DNA of 55,156 nt, the filler included, from Squatina squatina (lineage: Eukaryota): assembly GCA_031763465.1 (NCBI GenBank). It is 3 parts of 3 records of this genome, joined end to end, with 100 filler letters (N's around TTAATTAATTAA, not from the genome) between each part and the next. Parts side by side here need not be neighbours in the genome. Positions count along the whole stretch, not along the records: positions 1 to 20,900 come from JARFOE010000230.1; 2 more parts are not named here. One strand, given 5' to 3'. Under the pieces are notes generated by a model that saw only the letters and a program-made list of their open reading frames with translations, ran no database searches and was not told the DNA's origin. The translations under genes were made by a program, and so were the position numbers. The stretch's first letter is position 1. Each line of letters starts with the position of its first letter. Below are positions 1 to 13,362 of this stretch, one piece after another.

Positions 1-973
1 CTTTATAATGCATACAAAGCAGGGTGTTAAATAAGTGCCAGTTGTGCTCAGACTATCCTGATCAGATGATGCCATGGCTTAATAACCTATGTGCTAGACA
101 GTAATTGTTTCTTGAACTTGGAGGCATTGAATGATTTTCTTTCCGGATGTACACAACAATTGAATGTATATAGCATCTTTAACATCGAAAAATGCCTCAA
201 GGTGCTTCTCAGAGGTGCTGGGGAGAAAAAAACTCTGTTACTAGTAAACACTATTGACTTGGCTAGCTTCTTTACGACAGAGTTAACAGATTAAAAGTCA
301 ATTTTCTAGTAGGTAGTTGCTGAAGCCATTTTGAGGGTACATCTTTTTTTAGACAAACTGTTGACCTCTTCAAGCTCATTCATCCTCATAAGTGCAGCAA
401 ACATTAGAGTGCTGTCAATATTGCCACTCACTCACAAGTCTTGGTGTTAGCTTGTTTCCATTAGCCTCCCTGTCTTTCCTGACTAATATCTTGAGAGAAG
501 CCCATCATTAACCCGTTACTAATCCATTTCATTTCAGCTCTCCCCCAGGTTCAATTTTGCATTACCATTGCTCTCCCTTTGCTAGTGTCCCATACTGTGG
601 ATCTTTAAGGTCAGCTTCAACAAATCCCTGTCTCACCTCATTTCTCTGTCTATTGTCCTCTTTCCTCAGCAGTGTAAACAAACTAGCTCCTGATACAAAA
701 TACAGCAGCATCGCTTGATGGCAGCAAATCTGCACAAACATATACCCAAATATATCTGGAATAAACTCCTCATCCTCAGGCCTGTAAGTTGATTTTTGTA
801 AGCACTTGTTCACTTGTCAGTAAACCACTGCTCCTTGTCATTTATGCACCATTTCCTAACAAGAGTCTAACCTTTTCATGTACTGTCGACTAGCTGTCAT
901 TGACCAGAAAAGGGCTGGCCACTGAGTCACATACCAATATGGTAACAAAGTGCAATTCCTAAATTCCACATAC

Positions 974-1132
974 CTGCCACAGAGCTGTTGGCCGACCAGG
1001 GTGGAATGGTGTTCCTTTTTTGGTAAAAGAGTATGTAGGCACCACGAGTACAGATCTCTTCCTCTGGAATCGATTCAGCATTACTGTCATCATAACCATA
1101 CCACTGTCCATCCACAGAGTTTCTGCAGTATG
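974..1132 (-). CDS. USP43: Ubiquitin carboxyl-terminal hydrolase 43 (USP31/USP43 family), internal exon with the catalytic Asp box
   Basis: Translates (A)YCRNSVDGQWYGYDDSNAESIPEEEICTRGAYILFYQKRNTIPPWSANSSVA(G). Acceptor tttatcag, donor G|gtatgt; phase matches the exon at 1882-2110. TRGAYILFYQKRN and the CFAP52 neighbour favour USP43 over USP31. Confidence 0.88.
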
Positions 1133-1881
1133 CTGATAAATACAGAGTAAAATCAACAAAGCAGAACAAAATAGCTGCAGTGTTAAACATTTCCCCATTT
1201 ACTTCTCCAATATCCCAGTTACACTATAGGCTCGTTGATAGAATAAATTCATTAGGAAATATTTGTGTACGGGTGTTTGTGGTAACTGAACATATGAATG
1301 TGTAGCTGATGTCTAACAGAAATGAGTAAAACAGTTGTAACTTCTGTTGAATCCATCACCCAATCCCTGTCATTTTGGCAGAACAGTGACAGAGTTTAGC
1401 TTAAATAATCATGGGCGTACACATGAAAGCCAAACAAGATATTTAGCATTTTTTTTTAAACTTTAAGAGCGCCCAANNNNNNNNNNNNNNNNNNNNNNNN
1501 NNNNNNNNNNNNNNNNNNNNNNNNNNNNNNNNNNNNNNNNNNNNNNNNNNNNNNNNNNNNNNNNNNNNNNNNNNNNGGCACGATTTCAGATAGTAATTTT
1601 CGCGCTTTTCATGGGCGGAGCCAAGTTTCCCGCTGTCTGTTAGCCGCCCGGTCCTGGCCGACAACATTAACCTCCCGTGGTTTGGAAAATTCTCTGGTTC
1701 AGCACGCGCCAGCCCCCGAGGGTGCCGGATTATTGAGGTCGCACTTCTCTCTCTCTCTATTATATATATGTATATATAAAATATATCTCGATAAATAAAT
1801 AATTGGATTACTTGCACTATGGGTGGGTGGAATGCAGTAATAGTGACTGTACATGAGGGTACAGAGATACTGCTGACCTAC

Positions 1882-2110
1882 CTGTATAGTGACCTCCTTG
1901 CATGCTCCCATGGTGGTTGCACACAGCGTACAAGTCATACACATAGTTTTCTTGATTACTCCCAGAAGGAGCACGTGGTCGCCGCCATGGTGACCAGTGG
2001 GATAAAAAGTTCTTTGCGCTCGAAGTTCTCTTCACGACATGAGGTGTCATATCGATGCCAATTAGTGGAAATTTTACCAGAGTAGAAAGCTTGGTTCTTC
2101 TCTCTCCCAC
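1882..2110 (-). CDS. USP43: USP43 internal exon with the His box
   Basis: VGERRTKLSTLVKFPLIGIDMTPHVVKR...YDLYAVCNHHGSMQGGHYT; acceptor tttttcag, donor G|gtaggt; 229 bp, phase-1 end joins the 974-1132 exon in frame (G+CA = Ala). Confidence 0.9.
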
Positions 2111-3219
2111 CTGAAAAATTGAAATGTTGCATGACATTAGCTGTCTATGGTCTATCTAACATTGTACTAAAATCCCTTAAAATAAAATAAAAAGTTGTTA
2201 GCATAGTAGTTTGTTCACAATTTATTGATTGTCATTATTGTTTTATTGCTCGCAATTCACAGGGAGAGAGAAAAACGGTCACAGTCGCCCTTCTATTCTG
2301 GTGGATTCCACACATTAAAACACTGATGCAAAAATCAACAGAATAACAAGTGTTGGCGACTCTACATAGAATAAAACATTATTAGCTCCACAACCCTGCA
2401 AAATCTGTAATAATTATTTTGAGAATTCATTCTAACGTCAGTAGAGGGTGTGTAATTGTGTGTGCTTCCTGTGTGGGTGTTGAAATGTTTATATCTCAGC
2501 AATAGCTTCCCAAAGCATGAACCCCTTCAAGTGCATTACTCATTTAGGGGACTTCAAAGTTAACTCCCAGTCTTCAACCAAAGTTGTGTTTAATTGGAAT
2601 TACAATATACATTCATGACTTGGAGGAAGGAAGCGAATTAACTGCAGCCAAATTTGCANNNNNNNNNNNNNNNNNNNNNNNNNNNNNNNNNNNNNNNNNN
2701 NNNNNNNNNNNNNNNNNNNNNNNNNNNNNNNNNNNNNNNNNNNNNNNNNNNNNNNNNNCCTCATTCATCCGCAATTCACATCCTATCCCAGCTCGCTTTA
2801 GAATTCCATTTGCTTGTATGCATATTATTAAAACAGCTATGAACATAAAAGAGAAATGGCACATTCCAGTGGCGTGACTGTAAATTAGGATACAAGTATA
2901 CGCTCAAAGTTTTCTAAAATAATCAGAATTTAAGGGCCTTGTGAAGTCTTGTTAGTTATCTATTCGCTCAGTGGAATAGCTAATGTACCAGATCTCTTGC
3001 ACTGCACCATTTCCCCACGGTATAGTCAGCCTCCTTTCCCCACTTCAAATATTCAACCTGAAAAAAATCATATTTATGATTCTAAGAAACAAAAACGAAT
3101 AGGAAACTTTAAGAGGGTCAGTACACAACATTCACAGGACTTAGTCGTCTACAATTCTGTGGGCATGGTGCAGCTATTGTTACCCTGCGCTACCAGGTAG
3201 TATTCCACTCCCACGGCTT

Positions 3220-3500
3220 ACTACTTCCATTTGTATAGCTCCTTTAATATAGAAAAATATCTCAAAGCACTTCACAGTCGCATAAGGGAATAAAATTGGA
3301 TGCCAAGCAGAAGAAGGACATATTAGGTGAGGTGATCAAACGTTTGGATAAAGCGGGTCTTAAAGGAAGAGAGGAAGGTGCAGAGATGGAAAGGTTTCGA
3401 GAGGGAATGCCAAAGCACAAGTCCTAGGTAGTTGAAGGCATAGCCTCTAATGGTGGGGAGTTGGAGGGGAGATGCACATGAGCCCAAGTCAGAGGAATGA
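3220..3500 (-). mobile_element. Decayed L2-clade LINE 3' end or related SINE tail
   Basis: Starts ttccatttgtatagctcctttaat...aaagcacttcacag, the reverse complement of the gcgctatataaatgcaag-type tail; related to 43982-44107. Confidence 0.5.
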
Positions 3501-5559
3501 TGTCAACATAATCCAGTCAAATTTTAAACAAAATCAGCCAGGTTTCTTATCCCTGATTGTCTTTCAGCAGGAGCTGCTGGACAGCAGACACATATCGGGT
3601 GGGCACAAAATTAGACTGTACTTGAATGCCCCTATGTTAGAATAGTTTGCTGGACTAGATTTTGATTTTGACTCATTTTACACTATCGCATAAAGTCAAC
3701 ATTTACCCCACAATTAATTAAACATAAGAATAATGGTCACTTGGGGAAGGCATCAGACAGTTGCCTAAAAAATGGCAGAAAAATAAAGGAACCTTAAAAG
3801 CTTAAAAAACATTGATGATTGCCGGGAGGCAGTATGTTTTTTTAAATTACCAGACTAATATGACACTTACTTTAAATCAGCCAGTATACTATATATGTGA
3901 AAGGATTATAAATAAGGGATGGCATCTCATTATTGAGGAAGGAATTAATATCTAAAAAAGAGAAATCTCTCACAAATGTATCAGTGCCAGTTTGCTAATC
4001 ACAAAACATCTTCATTCCGTGATTGAAAATTAGAATGGCAAGGTTTTGAGTTTTCATTTAAAAGAAATGATTGTATCTATCTCTTATTATAAATGGATAT
4101 AAATCTTAAATTTGGATGGAATGAAAAATGTGATTACCTTCCAATCACAAAGCCACCACATCACACTCTGAATTTAGTCATCGGCAGTTCAGCACACTGC
4201 CTTCTACTAAATTATAACACCAAAAAAATGGCTGTGTCCCTGATTTTATTCACTGATGTGCAGGATGGTCTATGCATGTGTTAAGTGCATGCGGTTATGA
4301 ATTATTTTTTAAGTGGTTGGCAAATGCAAGTTATGACGATTGATTCAAGCAATAAGTAACGTGAGCTTCCAGTTATGCAGGATATTGCCATTTTAACTTT
4401 TTATTTCATGGGGTGGTAGGATGTAGTTTGTAACCACAATTTCACATAAGCAAACCTCCTTTTCTCAGCCGGACAAGCAAGTGAGAGAGGGTGAAAGAGC
4501 CCACAGAACAGCAAGGTCACTCATCACCCGAGCTGCTCGCCGATATCTCCCAGTAATTGACTTAAAAACAGCATCGGGTGAAGTCAGGGAGCAGTTTCAC
4601 CTGCCCCCTCAGCAGACAATGTCTGTGTGCGTATGATAAATCTGAGTAAAATAGAAATGGGGAAAGCAAGGAAAAATAGCGGTTAGATCTATTATTAATA
4701 AAAACTTTGTTGTTTGAATGCAATGAATGTTCTTAAGACTGNNNNNNNNNNNNNNNNNNNNNNNNNNNNNNNNNNNNNNNNNNNNNNNNNNNNNNNNNNN
4801 NNNNNNNNNNNNNNNNNNNNNNNNNNNNNNNNNNNNNNNNNCAGTTAATCTTTTAATCCTCTCAAAGGCTGTTCCTCCCCATCTGTATAGTGAAGCTATT
4901 TCTTCTGATTTCGTTAACTTTCTTTCATTTCAGTTTCTACCATTTTGCTTTCATAAATTCACTTCTGAGCTTCCATACGGCTGGTGCAATGGATAAGAAA
5001 GTGGAAGCAACGTATTTGAACTTTGCATATCTTGCGAATTGACATCATATAATCATTCTAAAATTGCCAGTGTAAATGGAGTGCAGCAGCTGTTTGCTCT
5101 GAACAGAATTCAAAAGGGAAAAACCCTAACATCTACACCAACTTTAAAACCTGATCAAGGTGATTTGAATCAGACAGATGCCAAGGAAATCAATAGTACA
5201 TGAACTGTGTGTTGGCAATCCAGTGACATCCAGCACATTAAATGGAGACTGAGGAAGATTTAGCTTGGATCAATTAAATTTCAACTGAACACAAATCATC
5301 CAGTGCAAGCAAAACATTAGAAGAACATTTGGAAACAACGCGGACTAGAGTTGTGTGAGTTTTTCTCAGGTAGAATTTGTCCACTGGTTCATCAGTAACG
5401 TGACACGGTCAAGCGATCAACTGGAGTCGACAATTTTTTTAGTTTTAAATTGGGCATCAGATCGGATTGTGAACTTGACCTTGCACCTGCTGGTTTTGAA
5501 AACTGCATTTTTACAATACAGGAAGCTCTTGAAGCGTGAACATGGGTGAACGAACACAG

Positions 5560-5875
5560 CAGCCATCACCTCCCACTCCCTTCGATGGCCGATTCCTGCA
5601 CTTCCAAACCCGCAAATTCTAACGCCTGAAAGGACAAGGGCAGCAGGTGCATCGGAATACCATCACCTCCAAGTTCCCCTCCAAGTCACACAGCATGCTG
5701 ACTTGAAAGTATATCGCCATTTCTTCATTGTCGCTGGGTCAAGATCCTGGAACTCCCTCCCTAACAGCATTGTGGGAGTACCTTCACCATAAGGACTGCA
5801 GCGGTTCAAGAAGGTGGTTCATCACCACCTTCTCGGGCAATTAGTGATGGGCAATAAATGCTGGCCTTTCCAGAA
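5560..5875 (+). mobile_element. LINE 3' fragment (CR1/L2 group)
   Basis: Contains the typical LINE ORF2 end tcctggaactccctccctaacagcattgtggga (SWNSLPNSIVG) followed by ggactgcagcggttcaagaagg. Confidence 0.6.
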
Positions 5876-7021
5876 NNNNNNNNNNNNNNNNNNNNNNNNN
5901 NNNNNNNNNNNNNNNNNNNNNNNNNNNNNNNNNNNNNNNNNNNNNNNNNNNNNNNNNNNNNNNNNNNNNNNNNNNGCGCTATATAAATGCAGGTTTGTTC
6001 TTTCTTTCACACAGCTAGTGAGAAGCTTGTACAAGTGCAGCAGCAGCCTGAAGATAGAAATGTTTCTGTACTACTGAATAGTACTTATTTATCTAAAAAT
6101 CCACAGGAGACCATTTGCTTTTCTTTTTACATTTATTTTTTTCCTGAGTAGACTATTATTTGTTAGAATGCTAGCAGAACCCAACAGAAAACAGGATTTT
6201 ATGGCTTCAATCATATTATTTTTAAAGAAACACAAAGAGAACATATTGACCGCTCTCAGCTGGCCTATTTGTTTAAAGCAGCCCAGTGTCTGCTGACAGG
6301 ATATTATTTATAGAGTTGGATTAATATTGAGAGAACATTTTGAAGCCATTTCTGTGACAAGTCAATGTTCATAGTAGAGCAGATGGGCCCAATTTGCGTC
6401 ACAACATAAATCCCCCGATTCTTGTAGCCAAGGAGTAAACAAAATATTTTAATGTTACAAGTACCAAACTTGCAAAAATGTAATTGGTACATTAGCAGAG
6501 AAGGCATGAAAGCATGAAATAATAAAAACATGAATTCTGAAATTGAAATGCGTGTAACTGCGAGGTTCGGTTGTGCAGACTTTATCGTCAGTGTTTTAAG
6601 AGACTGTTGTGCTGCTTCTATGTAAATTCTTCTAACATGTATTTGGTGTCAGTAGTGACCTTGTCTGTCAGTGATGCTGTTTTTAAAGTGGCTGTAGAAC
6701 CTGCTGGGTAGATAGTATTACTGCTTTGTAACCCCCTCTGTGACAATATGTCAAGTTTGTACATTAGCACAAAATGAGAAAGTCAGTGTGATTTAGTTCT
6801 GTAGCCTGTCCAGGTTAGTTTCGCACATGTTTTCGTACCCTTTGTTTACATTACATTTCTGAGGACGCAACAGGTCAGCTGCACAAAAAAAAAGCAATAA
6901 CATTAAAATGCTTTATAACCAGTGAATACTGAACGGGGGCGCAAGTCTTTCAAAGTGCATCATTGGTGTCAGTGTATTAGAGGACATTTCCAGAGGAACA
7001 GAATTGAAAAGCAGAGGGGTT

Positions 7022-7098
7022 ATGTTAGAAACATAGAAACATAGAAAATAGGTGCAGGAGTAGGCCATTAGGCCCTTCGAGCCTGCACCGCCATTCAA
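7022..7098 (-). mobile_element. CR1 LINE 3' terminus with 8-bp tail repeat
   Basis: agaaacatagaaacatagaaaataggtgcaggagtaggccatt; near-identical ends at 13255-13362 and 27525-27546, related at 22004-22230 and on the plus strand at about 51900-51985. Confidence 0.75.
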
Positions 7099-10000
7099 NN
7101 NNNNNNNNNNNNNNNNNNNNNNNNNNNNNNNNNNNNNNNNNNNNNNNNNNNNNNNNNNNNNNNNNNNNNNNNNNNNNNNNNNNNNNNNNNNNNNNNNNNN
7201 NNNNNNNNNNNNNNNNNNNNNNNNNNNNNNNNNNNNNNNNNNNNNNNNNNNNNNNNNNNNNNNNNNNNNNNNNNNNNNNNNNNNNNNNNNNNNNNNNNNN
7301 NNNNNNNNNNNNNNNNNNNNNNNNNNNNNNNNNNNNNNNNNNNNNNNNNNNNNNNNNNNNNNNNNNNNNNNNNNNNNNNNNNNNNNNNNNNNNNNNNNNN
7401 NNNNNNNNNNNNNNNNNNNNNNNNNNNNNNNNNNNNNNNNNNNNNNNNNNNNNNNNNNNNNNNNNNNNNNNNNNNNNNNNNNNNNNNNNNNNNNNNNNNN
7501 NNNNNNNNNNNNNNNNNNNNNNNNNNNNNNNNNNNNNNNNNNNNNNNNNNNNNNNNNNNNNNNNNNNNNNNNNNNNNNNNNNNNNNNNNNNNNNNNNNNN
7601 NNNNNNNNNNNNNNNNNNNNNNNNNNNNNNNNNNNNNGATACACCTACCTGATTGGCTGGGGCCTCCCATGTGACCTCTCCAGTCTCTTCGTTCGACTTG
7701 CCCGGGAAACTAGACAGCCCCGCTCCGAATCTCCAACTCGGGGGGACTGAAGATCGTAAACTCCCATGGATCCAGGACCCTTAGGTAAATACGTAAGGGA
7801 AATTGCAATCAGAGGCACCCGCAGGCAGGGAGCCTCCAATAGCAGTTTCAGGCCCATTATTTTTCTGCAGTGATATCTCACACCAGAGGTTGCACAGGAT
7901 GCCCGCCATACACACCTGTCCACTCTGAAAGATGGAAAACAATATAATGACAGACTTGATCATTCAGGCTAAAATTAGTAGTTAAATAAATTTTGCAAGA
8001 TTTCTAATCACCCCAAAAGCAAATAATACATAGTAAATAATCGATAATATAATGCTCGACTTACACTGAACTTCAAACTGCCTCAAGTGTCTTAAATCTT
8101 AAAATCCTTTTCAGAAGGATGTAACATGAGCTCCACTGGAGTTCCACTTCACCACTGCCATGTGGAAACAAAGGGATGAAGAATACACAAAACCAGTAAC
8201 CAGAAAATCAGCAGGATTCTGACACCCCAGATCTCTCACTGGGCATCAAAAGGGAGTGGCTTGAAAATGGTTATGCGGGTAAGTGGAAGAGTTTAGGTTA
8301 GGGAGACAAGCTATCTGATTTCTTGTGGTCAGTGGGAGATCAGAGATCCAACTCCTAGCAGCTCCATCATGGGCACATGTTCACTGAGTGATGAGTATGC
8401 ATCTAATCCCGGACGTTCTCATGGTGAGCATATATCCGTGTCTTTTCGTCATCTTGCGGAGGAAGGGAACAATGTATGAGTGTTCTATCACAGCCTAGAA
8501 AGATTGCATACTCGCCTTGCAATTTGAGCAATACATGACCNNNNNNNNNNACCCAAATGATCACCCTCTCGGAGTATCACAGCTCAGGCTCCATTTTGAA
8601 AATGCTCAAAAAACTTTGCACCTGGTGTTTTGATAATCAGTTTCAATCAAAATTGGTGTTTGTCAGCAAATGTCACTAGCTAAGGCTAATTAAAGAAATT
8701 GCTGCAGAGAGAGAGAGAGAGAGATAAGAGTGCAACCCAATCTTCAAGGCGATGCATTTGTATTCTCCAGCAGCTCCACATCTCACCTATCTAACAAAGC
8801 TGTCAGCAATAAGGAACTATTTCAAATCACTTTCATTCCCTTAGTTAGCAAAAAGCTAGAATTCCATTCACTGATTTATTTCAGGAAAGGATTAAAAAAT
8901 TACACATCATAATATCCTATCAGTGTTCAAGAATTTGAAAGCCAGAATGTCAAATTGAAACAGATACAATAACAACGCTTACCTCTGGGATGCTTATTCA
9001 AAATTATTTGTTTTTAAAAGCAATACCAGTAAATTTTCTTCAGTCCAATATTACCAGCGAGCTGATGAGGATATAGTGGAGTCTGCTGAAGATCAATTCC
9101 AATTTGCCAGAGGAATTCATCTTCAATTGGGTTGCTCTCAAACTGTTCAACTGATACAATGGAACCTGATTTAATATCACCTATCAGGGTTCACCCATGA
9201 CCATTTTACTGCTGCAGAGTCTGATTTTCCAATTCCCTGCCAGTCCTGCATTTTTTGACTTGCTGCGGTCATTATGCCTTTTGCACCTAAACTGCAGGAC
9301 GTAAAAGAGGCAGCACCCTAGTAGAGACCAGGCACCTGCTCTTCACCAAAAACCATGTAGGTGTACTGCGATGGTGCCATCCACTGCCAGAGGAGTTGCC
9401 AGCACACAATGCAATTTCTTTTTACTTAGCATTGCTGCTGCCTGCCTACCTTTTTGCTGCATCACATTAAGATAAAAGTAAACATAAATTAAAGCAAAGT
9501 CAAGTATAAAAAACAGCTTGCACTAAGTTTTATTTAAAGTGTACTTTTTCTCATTTCTTTCCCTTTCAACTCTTAAAAGATCAATTTTTGGCAACTCGGA
9601 ACAATGGGCAGGGTGGGTTTTGATGTATTTTTTCAGGCTTCTCCAAAAATAGTTCTGCAAACAAGCACAAGCTACAAAATCAAAGAAGTGGGGAATAAAC
9701 AGGAGATCTGCCCAGGTTACTTAACACTTCCCAGCAAAATCCCCAAATAGTAGAAAAAAACCCACACACACATTTCTTATAAAATTGTAGATACATCAAG
9801 TACAGAAGCAACATAGTCCTTAACTGTCAACAGACACATTAAATGGGTCATTAGAAAACACCAATGAATAGGTACTGGAACTTAAAATGTCTCCAAGCAA
9901 AACAGGTCCTTACAAGCACAGTAAACANNNNNNNNNNTGACTCTATTGGACCTAAATCTGTAATTTTAGTGCCCGTTTAGCGCTACCCCTTTAAGTCGTT

Positions 10001-10524
10001 GAATTGGAGTCTTTGTGAAGGGGTTAAAAGTTAGACTAGCAGCTTAACAAGCCTAGCTGGCCGGCGCAATAAAAAGGTCTGGCAGAAACAAAGGCAGTTG
10101 GAAAAAGCTTATTACAAGAAGTGAGATAAGGCGAGCAACCATCAGTCGAGGAAGTGCAGTTGTTACTTGGAATGAAAAGAGAACGAATGGGGCAAACAAG
10201 AAATATTTTGTGAAGATGTAGTTATGTGAATGAAACGAGATAAATGAGGAGTATTTTGCGGAGATGTAGTTATCTGAGACAAACAAGAAGCGTTTTGTAA
10301 ATATGTGATTCAGTGTACATGACTGGGCAATTAATTAATTGGGAAAGAAACAGGATGTAAGATTGTATATAAGCCAACTGCTCGAATGTAATAGCAGAAT
10401 CTTGCTTCAGCTGCAACTGAGGGGAACTCTCCCTGCATGTGCTTGAATAAAGATCACTTGGAACCAGTACACGCTCATCTTCGTCTGTTTTGGGGCAGAA
10501 AGAAAACCCACAACAATATCTTCC

Positions 10525-11233
10525 TACTTTCTTCTTCATTTTCAACCACCCATCCAATTTTTGCATCATCTGCAAACTTCTTAATCATACCTCCTACATT
10601 AAAGACCAAATCATTGATATATACCACAAAAAGCAAGGGACCTTGTATGGAGCCCTGTGGAACCCCACTGAAACCAGCCTTCCAGTCACAAAAACACCCA
10701 TCGACTATTACCCTTTGCTTTCTGCCTCTCAGCCAATTCTGGATCCAACTTCCTACTTTGCCTTGGATCCGATGGACTTTTACTTTCTTGACCAGTCTGC
10801 CTTGTCGGACCTTATCAAAAGCCTTGCTAAAATCCATATAGACTACATCAAATGCACTACCCACATTGAGCCTCTTTGTTACCTCCTCAAAAAATTCAAA
10901 CAATTTAGTCAGTCACAACCTTCCCTTAACAAACCCATGCTGACTGCCCCTGATTAATCCGTGGAGCTCTAAATGAAGATTTATCCTGTCCCTCAGAATT
11001 TTTTCCAATAATTTTTCCACCACTGAGGTTAGGCTGACTGGCCTTTAATTATTTGGCCTATCCCTTTCTCCCTTTTTAAATGACGGTACCACATTAGCAG
11101 TCCTCCAGTCCTCTGGTATTATACCAGTAGCCAGAGAGGATTGGAAAATGATGGTCAGAGGCTATGCTATCTTACTTCTCTTAACAGCCTGGGATACATT
11201 TCATCTGGGCCTGGGGATGTGTCCACTTTCAGA
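10525..11233 (-). mobile_element. CR1 LINE ORF2 reverse transcriptase fragment
   Basis: FFEEVTK...VVYMDFSKAFDKV...GVPQGSIQGPLLFVVYINDL...KFADDAKIG are the CR1 RT motifs; truncated and degenerate. Confidence 0.93.
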
Positions 11234-13254
11234 NNNNNNNNNNNNNNNNNNNNNNNNNNNNNNNNNNNNNNNNNNNNNNNNNNNNNNNNNNNNNNNNNNN
11301 NNNNNNNNNNNNNNNNNNNNNNNNNNNNNNNNNCAAAGTAAAACATAGCTGTAATAGTGTTTCGAACAGAAGAAAAAAAAATCCCTAAGCATATTCACAC
11401 ACAAGTAGAAAATAACAGGCTCAAAGCATCAAGGCTGGATAATGGGAGCCTGCAGTCCAGACCTTAACCGAAGTCATGTGTTAGAAATCCTCACCCTTAA
11501 TATATTGTTTAAAAACAGTCATACAAACAGTATTTACTGAAAGTAGCTGGAGTTTTATTGTGATTGCTCAAGCGTCCAGTTTGCTTGTGTTCAGTTTATA
11601 CTCTTCAGTTGAGGTTTTAATTGGCCCAGGTTTGCTCGTTGTAAAAATTAAGAACTTTGTTGAACCATTCTTAGTGCTTTGAGAATCTTTACTTGGCATA
11701 TACAATCTGTTTCCTATCCCCACCCGCCCCCCCGCCAAGTCTTCCTGCATACTTTCACACACGTACAAGTGTAATCTCGAGTCTGACGCGTGTTGGACAG
11801 TGCGATCGTTATACTAAAATTGTTACACGTAGAGTGCCTGCTATGTCGTCTGTGACAATTTAATTGGTGCAGATCTCAATGTCACGCAGCCACTCAAAGG
11901 GATAAGCATCTTGATGTCTTTGTAGCCAAGACAATGCAGGACTTCTCTAGAATAAAACATCTCCGCACGAGAATAAAACATCAGCTTTACAGAGAGAAAA
12001 AGAAGAAAACAATGAAAGGATGAGAGGTCAGTGGTAACCATGTTAGATTAGAATGTGCAAGGTTAGGTACTTCCAGGGAACCTAAAAAAATTAGGCTTGC
12101 TGCTTGGTCACGTCCTAACACTGGTTTGCATTCTGCCGCAAGATGCCATTCATGTTGGTTAGTGGCCAAAAGTAGACACCGTCAATAAAGCAGACAGCTT
12201 CAATAAGTTTATTTTAAATAATGGATGAAATAATAAATTCCTTGATAGCTCAGCTGATTAATGCAGCAGCTGAGCTGTACAAATGAGGCCGGTTTAGTTC
12301 TCGGCCTATGATGAGGTAGCTGATCTCAGCCAAGTATCAACAGTGGGGAGGTGCTACAATTTGGNNNNNNNNNNNNNNNNNNNNNNNNNNNNNNNNNNNN
12401 NNNNNNNNNNNNNNNNNNNNNNNNNNNNNNNNNNNNNNNNNNNNNNNNNNNNNNNNNNNNNNNNCATGCCCCCTAGCTTTTGTTGGTGCAGGTCTTGTGT
12501 GGATTTGACTGAGGTCATTGCTGATAGCAAGTATTTCCTGCCCTGCAGTGCAATGCAGAACGTTGCTCTGGTTTGCTGTGCCCTGTCCCCCTGCAAAAAG
12601 ACCATGTTGTTTTTCATCCTTTCCCAACTTCTGCTTGATTTGATGACATGGTGACTTTTTTTCTACAAAACTCCTGAAGCTCAATCAAAAGTCATCGATG
12701 AAAAAAATGCTCTTGCTTTGTCAGAAGGAAAAGAACTGGAGTTGGATTCTTCTTTGAAAGTGAGCAGCGCGTGCAACTGTGGGGCTAGCTGGCATCTTTC
12801 TTACTCAAATTAACGTATTTGACATTAATTAACATTTGCAGCCTACACTTGTAAAGTACTTCACAGGTATTTAGGTGTTTCAAATGACTAGTTCAAATCC
12901 AAATTGCTAGCTGTTCAACTAACCCAGTTAAACTGAATATCTGCATTTTTGCACCTGTTATTTTTGAAACTCATGCCACGGCAAAAGCATACTGGAGGGA
13001 AATTTGTCAGCTGCTATCTGGCAATTAGGGAGGACACCTGTCAGGAAAGATGGATTGTCACTCTCAGATGCGAGTTGGAAGTCAGGAAAAGCTGAAAATA
13101 TAATTACAAGGGAAGGTAAAGTTGTGCTGGCTCACACCATTACCATGACCACATAAGTATAAAGGCCATCTGGGATTATTACAAATATCACAGTTATAAT
13201 TGGCCTTGTTGTGCATGACAAGGAGTCAGCTCATGTCACTGATGCAGACTTCAA

Positions 13255-13362
13255 AGAAACATAGAAAATAGGTGCAGGAGAAGGCCATTCAGCCCTTCGA
13301 GCCTGCACCACCATTCAACACAATCATGGCTGATCTTTCAACTCAGTACCCCGTACCTGCTT
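13255..13362 (-). mobile_element. CR1 LINE 3' terminus
   Basis: Near-identical to 7022-7098. Confidence 0.75.

Noticed and set aside
2978-3056. Possible extra USP43 exon (ttttttcag acceptor, VEYLKWGKEADY...)
   Set aside because: No resemblance to the expected upstream USP43 exon in the frame I translated.
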